64,000 bases of DNA from an uncultured Gemmatimonadaceae bacterium (GTDB lineage Bacteria; Gemmatimonadota; Gemmatimonadetes; Gemmatimonadales; Gemmatimonadaceae): positions 800,001 to 864,000 of the forward strand of contig CAWHHI010000020.1 of the NCBI GenBank assembly GCA_963829055.1. Direction: 5' to 3'. Positions 30,657-40,077 of the stretch are shown in pieces. The notes below the pieces were generated by a model. The model did not search any database, was not told the origin of the DNA, and saw only the letters and a program-made list of their open reading frames with translations. The position numbers were made by a program, and so were the translations under genes. The first letter of the stretch is position 1; each line of letters opens with the position of its first letter.

Positions 30657-30683
30657 CAGGCGCCGTCGGGAAGGCGCCTGTCA
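30654..30683. terminator. Hairpin between convergent genes, probable bidirectional terminator
   Basis: tgacaggcgcc-N8-ggcgcctgtca, 11-bp perfect stem. Confidence 0.55.
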
Positions 30684-30708
30684 GGGGCCTTCCCGAGAGT
30701 CGGCTTCG

Positions 30709-31134
30709 TTAGGCGTTCAACGGCCGCCAGACGCCGAGTCGGTAACCGTCCGGATCGGCGACCCGCAGCATGCGGACGCCCCACGGCATGTCGGCCGGTT
30801 CCATCGCCAGCGGCGCTCCTTGCGCCTTGATGCGTGCCGCGATGGCGTCGACGTCCTGCGCGGTATCGAACGTGATGGAGAAACCCTCGCCCTTCACGCG
30901 ATCCCAACCGCGACCGCCGTCGTCCTGGTTGAGATGGATCGTCGAGCAGCCTGACCGGATCGCGGCGGAAGCCGGCTTCCCATCCTGGTCCCGTTGATAG
31001 TCCACGGTGAACCCGAGGACGTCGCGATACCACGCGATGCTCTTCGACAGATCCTTCGCGGTCAGCGACAACACGACAGCGCGTACAGTGAGCGCGTCCT
31101 GGGTAGCAACGGATTCGGCCGCTTCGGTAGACAT
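30709..31134 (-). CDS. VOC/glyoxalase family protein
   Basis: DLSKSIAWYRDVLGF...DMPWGVRMLRVADPDGYRL. Confidence 0.9.
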   Translation of the reverse strand: MSTEAAESVATQDALTVRAVVLSLTAKDLSKSIAWYRDVLGFTVDYQRDQDGKPASAAIRSGCSTIHLNQDDGGRGWDRVKGEGFSITFDTAQDVDAIAARIKAQGAPLAMEPADMPWGVRMLRVADPDGYRLGVWRPLNA

Positions 31135-31264
31135 CCTCGAAATGGGTGATCCCAAAGCTGGCTGATCACCAGTTCACCGCCGGAAGCCGAATCGGCGATG
31201 CGAGCGAATGGACACCGCGTTCCATCTCCCATACAATCACCCTTCGTCCTTTTCCGGAGCTCGT

Positions 31265-33352
31265 ATGCCCCGTCTCCGCCAGTCGGTTTGTGCGGCTGCC
31301 CTACTGTTCGCAGCGGTTGGCGCCACGCCGATCGCCGCCCAGGAGAAGCGCGCCGACAGTCTCCTCACCGTCGAGAAGTACCTCGACTTCGAGCAGGTCG
31401 GTGAGCCTCGGGTGTCGCCCGATGGCTCGCAGATCATCTACACGCGCCGGTGGGTGAACAAGCTCGAGGACAAGTTCGAGTCCGCGATGTGGATCATGAA
31501 CGTCGACGGCTCGAAGAATCGCTTGCTCGCGACCGGCGGCGGCGCGGTCTGGTCGCCCGACGGGACGCGCATCGCGTATCTCGCCGAGGGCAAGCCGTCG
31601 GGCACGCAGATCTTCGTGCGATACATGGACGCCGAGGGCGCGACGTCGCAGGTGACGACGCTGCCGGAGGCGCCGGCGGACGTTCGCTGGTCGCCCGATG
31701 GCAAATCGATCGGCTTCAGCGCCATCGTCCCGAAGTCGGTGAACTGGAAGATCGACATGCCGGAGGCGCCCAAAGGCGCGAAGTGGACGGGAACGCCGCG
31801 CATCGTCCAGTCGCTCCACTTCCGGCAGGATCGGCGCGGGTACACGGATCCCGGCTACCGTCATCTCTTCCTCGTCCCCGCCGACGGCGGCACGCCGCGC
31901 CAGGTCACGAAGGGCGAGTTCAACCTCGGCGCTCGATTCGACGGCCTCGACGGCGCGGTGGGCTGGGACTGGATGCCCGACGGCAAGACGATGATCGCCG
32001 ACGGGCTCGCCGATTCCACGGGCGACATGAACTACCGCAACTCCAACATCTACGCGATCGACGTCGACCACGGGCGCCATGCAGCGCCTCAATTCGGCGG
32101 ACGGTGCCTGGTCGATCGCCGGTCGTCTCGCCCGACGGACAGCGCATCGCGTACACCGGCTACACGCAGGTGAAGGACAGCTACCACACGGCCGAGCTGT
32201 ACGTGATGAACGCCGACGGCAGCGGCGCGAAGAAGATGTCGGGCGATCTCGATCGCGACGTCGGCGACGTCACGTGGGCGACCGACGGCAGCGGCGTCTA
32301 CTTCACGGTGGCGGACAGCGGGACGTCGAACGTGTACTTCTCGCCTAACGCCGGCGGCGCGCGACCGGTCACGACGGGGACGCACGCGATCTCAGCGTTC
32401 TCGATGTCGAAGAGCGGCAAGATGGCGGCGCTCCGCAGCAGCTACACGACGCCGCCCGACGTCGTGCGCATCGGCCTAACGCGCACCGGCTCGGCCGAGA
32501 TCACGCAGCTCACGCACGTGAACGACGACGTGCTCGCGCGCGTGAAGCTCGGCGCAGGTGGAGCGCGTGCGCTATACGTCGACGGGCAACACGACGGTGG
32601 ACGGCTGGGTGGTCAAGCCGCCGAACTTCGACCCGTCGAAGAAGTATCCGCTCCTCATGGAGATTCACGGCGGACCGCACGGCGCGTACGGCGTCGGCTT
32701 CAGCTATCAGTTCCAGAACTTCGCCGCGAACGACTACGTGGTGCTGTACACGAACCCGCGCGGCTCGACGGGCTACGGCAGCGCGTTCGGCAACGCGATC
32801 ATGCACGCGTACCCGAGCGTGGACTACGACGACCTCATGGCCGGCGTGAACGCGGTCGTGAACAAGGGCTACGTGGACACGACGCGCATGTACGTCGGCG
32901 GATGCTCGGGCGGCGGCGTGCTCTCGAGCTGGGTGATCGGCCACACGAACCGCTTCGCCGGCGCGGCGGTGCGCTGCCCGGTCATCGACTGGCTGAGCTT
33001 CGCCGGCCAGACGGACATCCCGTTCTTCACGTACAACTTCTTCGACGCGCCGTTCTGGGAGAAGCCGGAGCAGTGGCTCAAGCAGTCGCCGCTCATGTAC
33101 GTGGGCAACGTGACGACGCCGACGGTGGTGATGACGGGCGTGCTCGACATGCGCACGCCAATGCCGCAGAGCGAGGAGTTCTACGCGGCGCTGAAAATGC
33201 GTGGGATCCCGTCGGCGCTGATTCGCTTCGAGGGAGAATTCCACGGCACCGGATCGAAGCCGTCGAACTTCATGCGGACACAGCTCTACATGATGAGCTG
33301 GTACAACAAGTGGCGACGAACTGGCACATCGGTGACCACAGCAATGGAGTAG
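31265..33352 (+). CDS. S9 family (acylaminoacyl/prolyl oligo) peptidase with PD40 propeller; frameshifts at ~32070-32120 and ~32555
   Basis: Signal peptide, WSPDG repeats; catalytic domain IHGGPH, NPRGSTGYG, GCSGGG nucleophile, D-R and FHG. Confidence 0.92.
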
Positions 33353-33375
33353 GAAACGGCGTGACAGCTGAAAGG

Positions 33376-33611
33376 GCGCGAAATGCCGAACGGCGCGAAA
33401 TCCCGAACGGCGCGAAATCCCGAACAGCGCCAAATGCCAGACGGCGCGGAATCCCAGACGGCGACAAAATGCGGAACGGCGAGAAGCGGCGGACGTGGGA
33501 ACGGCATTCCGCCTTTTGTCGCCGTTCGGGATCTCGCGCCCTTCGGCATTTCGCGCCGTCTGGGATTCAGCGCCGTTCGGGATTTCGCGCCGTTCGGGAT
33601 TTCGCGCCGTT
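33376..33611. repeat. Foldback minisatellite family D, second copy
   Basis: ggcgcgaaatcccgaac units, then inverted ttcgggatttcgcgccg units; between convergent genes. Confidence 0.85.
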
Positions 33612-33636
33612 AGTGCCCTGCGCCGTTCAGTCGTGC

Positions 33637-35106
33637 CTAACGCGGTAGCGTCGTCGGGAATCCTGTTCGCCGTATCTTCGACACGCAGCTCGTGTCGAGC
33701 CCGACCACGCTGCCTCGCTCGATCACGTCGTGCTGCAGCCGGTCGATGCAGGACAGGCCTTCGAGCCCGTCCAGCCCGTGCCCGCCCGACGGCACGACGA
33801 CCTTCACGCTGTTAGGCAGCGTCCGCGCGACTTCGTCCGCGTTGCGCGGCGGCGTCACCGGGTCCAGGGCTCCCGTCACCAGCAGCACCGCCGCCTTCGA
33901 CCGCACCGGCGTCACGAAATCCGCTGGCACCGGCGAGCGGCCCCATACCTCGCACGCCGCCCGCTGATTCCGCATCCGATAGTCGCCGAGGAACGTCCCC
34001 TTCGCCTCGGCCGACTCGAGGGCCGCGTCCGTCATCGGCACATCCTCCGCGCACGTGATCGCGGCGTAGAGACCATCGAACGTGCCTTTGCCATCCGCCC
34101 ACCGGGCGCGCAACGATCGACGCGCCAGCCACGTGAAGTCACCCGTGGCTGCCTGATGCATCGCCGCCGGCACCAGCGACGCACTCCCGCTCTGATACAG
34201 CATGTAGCGCAGCGTCTCCGCGACCATGTCGCGGGAGAGCGAGACCGTCACCGGCTGGTTCGTACGCGGGTGCTCCACCGTCACCCGCGCCGGCGATCGC
34301 GTCAACCCGTCGAACACCTTTCGAATGTCGTCGCCAAGCCGGGGGAACGCGCCACGACACGCGGCGTCCGCGGCGCACTCGGCCACGATGGCATCGAGCG
34401 AGCTCTGGGCATCGCGCGCGAAATGCTGCGGGATGCGCTCCGATGGCGGAACGAGCCCGAACAGCGTCGCCGAGCGCACGCGGTCGGGATGCCGGCGCAT
34501 GTACTCCTGCGCCGCGCGCGTACCGTATGACCCGCCGGACAGGTTGACCTGCGTGGCGCCTAACGCTGCGCGGACGTCGTCCAGGTCATCGACCGCGATC
34601 GTCGTCGTGTACTGCGTGAGATCGGTGTCCTTCGCGTACGTCTCGCGACAGCGGCGCACCGCCGCCGGCGGCATGAAGTCGCCGAGGAAGGATTGCAGCG
34701 AATCCGGCGGGCCGTAGAACACGCAATCGATCGGGTGCGACCCGCCGGTCCCGCGCTGGTCGACGAGCACGAGGTCGCGACGCGCGCGGAGCCCGGCCGG
34801 ATCGCGCGCAAGGAACGCCGCCTCGTCGTTGACGACCGATGAGCCCGGGCCGCCGGCAATGAAGAAGATCGGATCGGGCGCGCGCGTCGGTCCGGTGGCG
34901 CGGAACACCACGACGCGAAGCCCGATCGTGCGGCCGCTGCGCGCCGCCCGATTCTCGTACACCGTGAGCGTGCCGCACGTGGGCTTGGCGGCGGCATCGA
35001 CGCCCGGGAGCGTGCACGGTTTGAGATCGAGCCGGGGCGGTTGCGCCGCGGCCGACGCCGTGAGGAATACCAAGGTCCCAATGGTAGTGATCAGGCTACG
35101 CGACAT
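33637..35106 (-). CDS. Secreted alpha/beta hydrolase with TAP-like C-terminal domain
   Basis: GGPG, DQRGTG, GGSYGT nucleophile, DPVTP, GHG. Confidence 0.9.
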   Translation of the reverse strand: MSRSLITTIGTLVFLTASAAAQPPRLDLKPCTLPGVDAAAKPTCGTLTVYENRAARSGRTIGLRVVVFRATGPTRAPDPIFFIAGGPGSSVVNDEAAFLARDPAGLRARRDLVLVDQRGTGGSHPIDCVFYGPPDSLQSFLGDFMPPAAVRRCRETYAKDTDLTQYTTTIAVDDLDDVRAALGATQVNLSGGSYGTRAAQEYMRRHPDRVRSATLFGLVPPSERIPQHFARDAQSSLDAIVAECAADAACRGAFPRLGDDIRKVFDGLTRSPARVTVEHPRTNQPVTVSLSRDMVAETLRYMLYQSGSASLVPAAMHQAATGDFTWLARRSLRARWADGKGTFDGLYAAITCAEDVPMTDAALESAEAKGTFLGDYRMRNQRAACEVWGRSPVPADFVTPVRSKAAVLLVTGALDPVTPPRNADEVARTLPNSVKVVVPSGGHGLDGLEGLSCIDRLQHDVIERGSVVGLDTSCVSKIRRTGFPTTLPR

Positions 35107-35278
35107 CCTCGCTCCCAAGGTCGATGGTGCCAAGGGACCTCACCACGTCTGAACGCATTCGAGGCCGCGGCTTCCTGTCGTCGGCCTCGGGCAATGTACC
35201 GCCGAGTGCACTGGTCGGCACAACCTGCTGCGAGGGGATGAATGGCGTGGCCGACGGGTAGGCCCCATCTTCATCGTC

Positions 35279-35536
35279 ATGGCGCACGAACCGAAATCAG
35301 TGACGTGGCACGAGGCCGAGGAGCTTTACGGGGAGGAATGGGCAGAATGGTATCGACTCACGCCGCAGGAACGTTGGCTCGAGAGCGAGCGGTTGTGGGC
35401 GACGTTCCTCGCGTTAGGTGGGTCGCTTGACCCCGAGCCCGATCCGCAAAGTCCTTTCGACGTTGCGTTCTCACGAGGTCAGCACCCTCTTGATGGGCGG
35501 GCAGGCGTGCGTGTTGTACGGCGCGGCGGAGTTTAG
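35279..35536 (+). CDS. Small protein preceding and overlapping a nucleotidyltransferase (putative antitoxin)
   Basis: 85 aa, EWAEWYRLTPQERWLESERLW...[14 protein letters not shown]. Confidence 0.65.
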   Translation: MAHEPKSVTWHEAEELYGEEWAEWYRLTPQERWLESERLWATFLALGGSLDPEPDPQSPFDVAFSRGQHPLDGRAGVRVVRRGGV

Positions 35537-36187
35537 CCGCGACACCGACGTCGCGATTCTCCTCACGGACGACAATCTCGAGCGGTTACGCGGAGCGTTA
35601 GCGGAGCTCCGCGCTGAGGTCATTGCGGTTCCGCCGTTCGAGCCACAGTACCTGGCGCGCGGACACGCCGTGCATTTCCGATCGCATCATCCCGACGCGG
35701 CCGGAATGCGCCTCGACGTGATGGCTCGTATGCGGGGTGTCGACAGGTTCGAGGCGTTGTGGGACGCGGCGAACGACGTTCACGCTTCCCGAGCTCGGCG
35801 ATCTCGACGTGCTTGCCCTCCCTGACCTCGTCCTTGCGAAGAAGACACAACGCGACAAGGACTGGCCAATGCTCCGCCGGTTGGTGGACGCGAGCTACCT
35901 GCAACAACGGTCGGACCCTAACGAGGAGCGAGTTCGGTTCTGGCTTTCCGAGCTGCGAACGCCGGTTCTCCTCGTGGAATGTGCCGCGCGGTTTCCGGAG
36001 GCGGCGCGCGACCTTGGCGCCCGCCGGCCGGCAGTCGCGGCAGCGCGCTCGTCGGACCTGGCAGGAATGGAGGCCAGCCTCGCCGAGGAAGAGGCGGCGG
36101 AGAAGGCGGCCGATCCGCGCATACTGGGCGCCCCTCCGGGCCGAGCTCGAAGAACCTCACGGCGACTGCGCGACGGCTCGTAGGTAA
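35427..36187 (+). CDS. Nucleotidyltransferase-like protein (MenT/DUF1814-like), frameshifts near 35765 and 36110
   Basis: [21 protein letters not shown] (GG...DxD) then [19 protein letters not shown] at 36185-36187. Confidence 0.7.
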
Positions 36188-36863
36188 GCTCTACGTCGCC
36201 GTCGGGTCCAACAGCAACGCGGGCGAGAACGGCATCGAGAAGGAGGAAGGACGTGCGGCCGTCTGGGAAATCGATCCATCGACGGGCAGGCACCGTGTCT
36301 TCGCGAGCGGACTGCGCAACCCCGTCGGGCTCGCGTGGGAGCCCGACGCAGGCGCGTTGTGGGTCGCGGTGAACGAACGCGATGAGCTGGGCAGCGACCT
36401 CGTGCCCGACTACATGACGGCGGTGCGCGACGGCGCGTTCTACGGCTTCCCGTACAGCTACTATGGACAGCACGTCGACGCTCGCGTCAAGCCACAGCGC
36501 CCCGACCTGGTCGCGAAAGCCATCGCGCCCGACTACGCGCTCGGCCCACATACGGCATCGTTAGGCCTCGCGTGGTCGGGGGCCACGACATTACCGGCGC
36601 CATTCACTCACGGGATGTTCGTCGGGCAGCACGGCTCGTGGAACCGCAATCCGCGAAGCGGCTACAAGGTCATCTTCGTGCCGTTCGCGGAGGGCGCGCC
36701 ATCGGGCAAGCCGATCGACGTGCTGACTGGATTCGTGAACGCCAGGGGCGAGGCGATGGGTCGACCAGTTGGCGTCGCGATCGCCAGGGACGGCGCCTTA
36801 CTCGTGGCTGACGACGTTGGCAACACCGTCTGGCGAGTCACGGAGTCTGCAGCTCACCGGTGA
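36150..36863 (+). pseudogene. C-terminal half only of an L-sorbosone/PQQ sugar dehydrogenase family protein
   Basis: [60 protein letters not shown]; no N-terminal half or start codon. Confidence 0.8.
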
Positions 36864-36890
36864 CCCGTCGTGCTGCCAATGGATCTCGTC

Positions 36891-38437
36891 TCACGCGTCC
36901 TTTTCCGCGCCGGGATCCGCGAGGTCGCTGATGGCCGGCCCGTTCACGACTTTGCCGTACGCGATCGAAGCGCGAGCCGTGACACGGGCAGTCCCACGTC
37001 TTCTCCACCGAATTCCAGTCCACGATGCAGTAGAGATGCGTGCACACCGCGGAGCGGATGTGCGGCGTACCGTCCTCGTCCCGGTAGACCGCGAACTTCT
37101 TCGTGCCCTGCCGCATCACCGCGCCTGATCCCGGCGCGATCTCGTCAGGCGATGACACCTCGCCCGGCGTCACCCAATCCACGTACTGCGCCGCGACGTT
37201 GACGTTCTCGCGCACGAACTCGGGCGCCGAGCGCACCGTCACGCGCGACGGGTCGTAGAGCTTCTCCCATCGGCTCGGATTGCCGAGGATGAGATCCGGA
37301 ATGAGGATGCCGGCGATCGTGCCGTGCGTCATGCCCTGCCCCGAGTCACCGGTCGCGATGTAGACGTTCTCCGAGCCTGGGTTGCGGCCGATGAACCCCA
37401 TGTAGTCGTTAGGCTCGATCACCTGACCCGACCAGCGGTACACGATGTCGCCGGCCATCGGGAAGCGCTGTCGTGTCCATTCCAACAGGGCACCGAAGCG
37501 GCTCTCGGACTCGTCCGCCTGGCCGGTCTTGTGATCCTCGCCGCCGACGATGAGTAACGGCTCGCCGTCGGCATCGGTCGTCAGGCGGACGTAGTGATAG
37601 GGTTCGAGCGTATCCCAGTAGAGACCCGGCGCCACCGAGTTCGGCGGAATGCGAACGGCGATGACGTACGTTCGATAGGCAGCCTGCTTCGTATGCATTG
37701 CCACCCAGTCGTTCACCGGCGAGTTGGTCGCGAACACGACGGCGTCGGCGGTCACCGTGTGCTTGTCCGACGTCGTCACCCGCGGGCGCCGCGGCTTGTT
37801 CTCGAACTCGGCCACATGGGATCCGGCGTGAATGCGGCCGCCGAGCCTAACGATGGCGCGCGCGAGACCCGCGAGATACTTGAGCGGGTGGAATTGGCCC
37901 TGGTTCGCGAAGCGCAGCGCCGTCGCCGCCAGCGGGACGCCCGGGATCACGGTGACGCGCTCGACGGTCCCTGCCCCGGCGCGACGTGCCGCCGCGGCTT
38001 CGGCATCCAGGAGCTCGATCGTCGTCGGGCTTCGCCGCAAACCAGTAGCCATCCACGCGCGTGAACTCGCAGTCGATGTTCTCCTCGCGCGCGATCTCCT
38101 CGATGCGATCCACGGCCGTCCGATGACTCTCGGCCGCGACGCGCGCGCCGTCACGCCCGTGCACCTTCTCGATTTCGACGTAGTAGTCGTCCATCGCCCA
38201 CGTCAGATGCGCCGTCGTGCGCCCGGTCTCGCCGCCACCGATGGGCCCGTCATCGAGCACGATCACGTGTTTGCCCGCGCGCGCCAGCGTGTAGGCGACT
38301 GATAGCCCCGCCATGCCGCCGCCGACGATGCACACGTCGCATTCGGCGTCGGCGTCGAGCGGCGGGAACGTCGGTACCTGGGCAGTGGCCATCCACGCCG
38401 ACGTGGTGGTGCCGGAGTCGGTCTTCGGTTGGGTCAT
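36891..38437 (-). CDS. FAD-dependent oxidoreductase with C-terminal Rieske [2Fe-2S] domain (YhfW-like), frameshifts near 38020 and 36960
   Basis: DVCIVGGGMAG, GETGRTTAHL, QFHPLKY, WSGQV, CTHLYC...WDCPCHGSRF. Confidence 0.92.
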
Positions 38438-38516
38438 TGGTCGAGCGCTGAGGGTGTCCCGCTCGACTTTGCAACTCAGGGGCCTCTGGCGGCGCGAATC
38501 CCGGATTCGCGTATCG

Positions 38517-38656
38517 TGTCATTCCGAGCGAAGCCGAGGACGGTTGTCATTCCGAGCGAGCCCCTCGACTTCGCTCGGGGCAGGCTCCGCGCGTCGAGGA
38601 ATCCTTGGCGTCTCGGTAGACAGCCCTCTACTCCACAGGCCGAGGATTCCTCGACT
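38517..38656. repeat. REP-like family B cluster (two left arms plus inner stem)
   Basis: tgtcattccgagcg at 38517 and 38545; gaggaatcc...gtagacagccctctac...ggattcctc. Confidence 0.8.
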
Positions 38657-38765
38657 GCGGGCCCGAGCGGCGATCCAGTGATACGGGACACAGAATCGCG
38701 CCGGGGTCGGTAGATTCGCATCCCGAACGCACGTCGCAGTCACCTAGCGCATCGCCAACTGCAAC

Positions 38766-38993
38766 TGCAACTACAAGACAGGATGGCCAGGATGGACAGG
38801 ATTGAACAGAGGCTCCGTGTCGCATCAAGGGCCCCTCCCGCAACGAGCCCGGGATGAGGGGAACGGCCGCTCGGGACGCCACTCACGCTGAGATGTGTTC
38901 CTATATTCGTTAGGCCCCGGCGACGCGCTCCCCGACGCCGAGGCGGTCATCTTCTCAATCCTGCCCATCCTGGCCATCCTGTCCTGCTGTTGC
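38766..38993. mobile_element. MITE-like element family A, full copy
   Basis: Nearly identical to 6816-7043, including terminal caggatggccaggatggacaggattga / tcaatcctgcccatcctggccatcctg. Confidence 0.8.
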
Positions 38994-39043
38994 CGTTGCT
39001 GTTTTCTTTTTTGTCCATGTGTCGAAGAGGAGATGCTCAGCGC

Positions 39044-39502
39044 ATGTCGATTCACCGCTGGTGGCTCGTTCCCGCCCTGGTCCTGTCGGCGTGTGTTCCA
39101 CCGCCGCCACCGCAGATCGAACCGGTCGCGGTCAGATCGAATCGCGCCAAGCCAGATGTCCTTCGGATCGCGACGCGCGAGTTGACGTCGGCCGGCTTCG
39201 AGGTTTCGGCGTCGGACACCGTCGCCGGAACGCTCACGGCGACGCGCGTGGGCGAGCAGCGCGGCAACTTCGACTACATCACCTGCTCGTTCGCCAAGAG
39301 CTCGCTCGCTGAGATGTATCTGGTGTCGACGATGACCGTCACCGTGGCCGCCTCCGGGTTCGACGTGGCGATCAAGTCGTCAGTGCTGTCAGCGTACCCG
39401 GCGCTCGCGAGCTCGCCACTCCCGCGGCCTGAGAGCCAGACCGATTGCGCGTCGAACGGCGTGATCGAGAAGAAGCTCGCCGCGGCACTCGGCCCATCCT
39501 GA
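39044..39502 (+). CDS. Hypothetical lipoprotein
   Basis: MSIHRWWLVPALVLSAC lipobox; gaggag upstream. Confidence 0.7.
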   Translation: MSIHRWWLVPALVLSACVPPPPPQIEPVAVRSNRAKPDVLRIATRELTSAGFEVSASDTVAGTLTATRVGEQRGNFDYITCSFAKSSLAEMYLVSTMTVTVAASGFDVAIKSSVLSAYPALASSPLPRPESQTDCASNGVIEKKLAAALGPS

Positions 39503-39530
39503 TCCGGCACCCACTCCTCGGCGAACCTGC

Positions 39531-40040
39531 CTAACGTATGACGTTGAACGCCAGGCTGTCAGTCCCGCTGCTCGACGCGATCTCGAGCTTGACGTTCCAC
39601 CACCCGCGTCGATCGAAACGGAGCCCCTCGACGCGGTAGCGGCCCTGGCCCAGATAACCCGTCACCCGCGGGTGCGTGAGCACTCCTCCCGCGTCGTCGG
39701 GCATCCAGCCTTCGAGTCTGAGCGCAGCGCCTTCGACCGGCACGCCCGACGCGGTCCGGACAGCCACGGTCCAGGCCATCGGGTCGAGCGAGTCGCCGCG
39801 TTCGCGTGAGGCGATCAGGGAGGCCTGGTACGTCGCGTTATGCGATGGGATGTCCGAGAGCCTCGACCATGCCGTCGCCGCCCCCGAGTCGGTGCGGGCG
39901 CGACTGTGCGCGCCCACACCAGTGATCGCCCACGCAACGACGACGGCAGCGCTCATCGCCATTGCCACGACCAAGGCTTCTGTCATCCAGTGAGTCGTAC
40001 GAGCGCGCGCGGGCTGCGCTGCTGTCAGTTGCCGAGCCAT
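39531..40040 (-). CDS. YtkA/FixH-like membrane-anchored protein (His motif absent)
   Basis: WTVAVRTASGVPVEGA..LEGWMP...PRVT..LGQGRYRVEGLRF...GWW; paralog of 43406-43873. Confidence 0.7.
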   Translation of the reverse strand: MARQLTAAQPARARTTHWMTEALVVAMAMSAAVVVAWAITGVGAHSRARTDSGAATAWSRLSDIPSHNATYQASLIASRERGDSLDPMAWTVAVRTASGVPVEGAALRLEGWMPDDAGGVLTHPRVTGYLGQGRYRVEGLRFDRRGWWNVKLEIASSSGTDSLAFNVIR

Positions 40041-40077
40041 ATGGACCTCACGATATGAATCGTTATGCAGGATTGCG

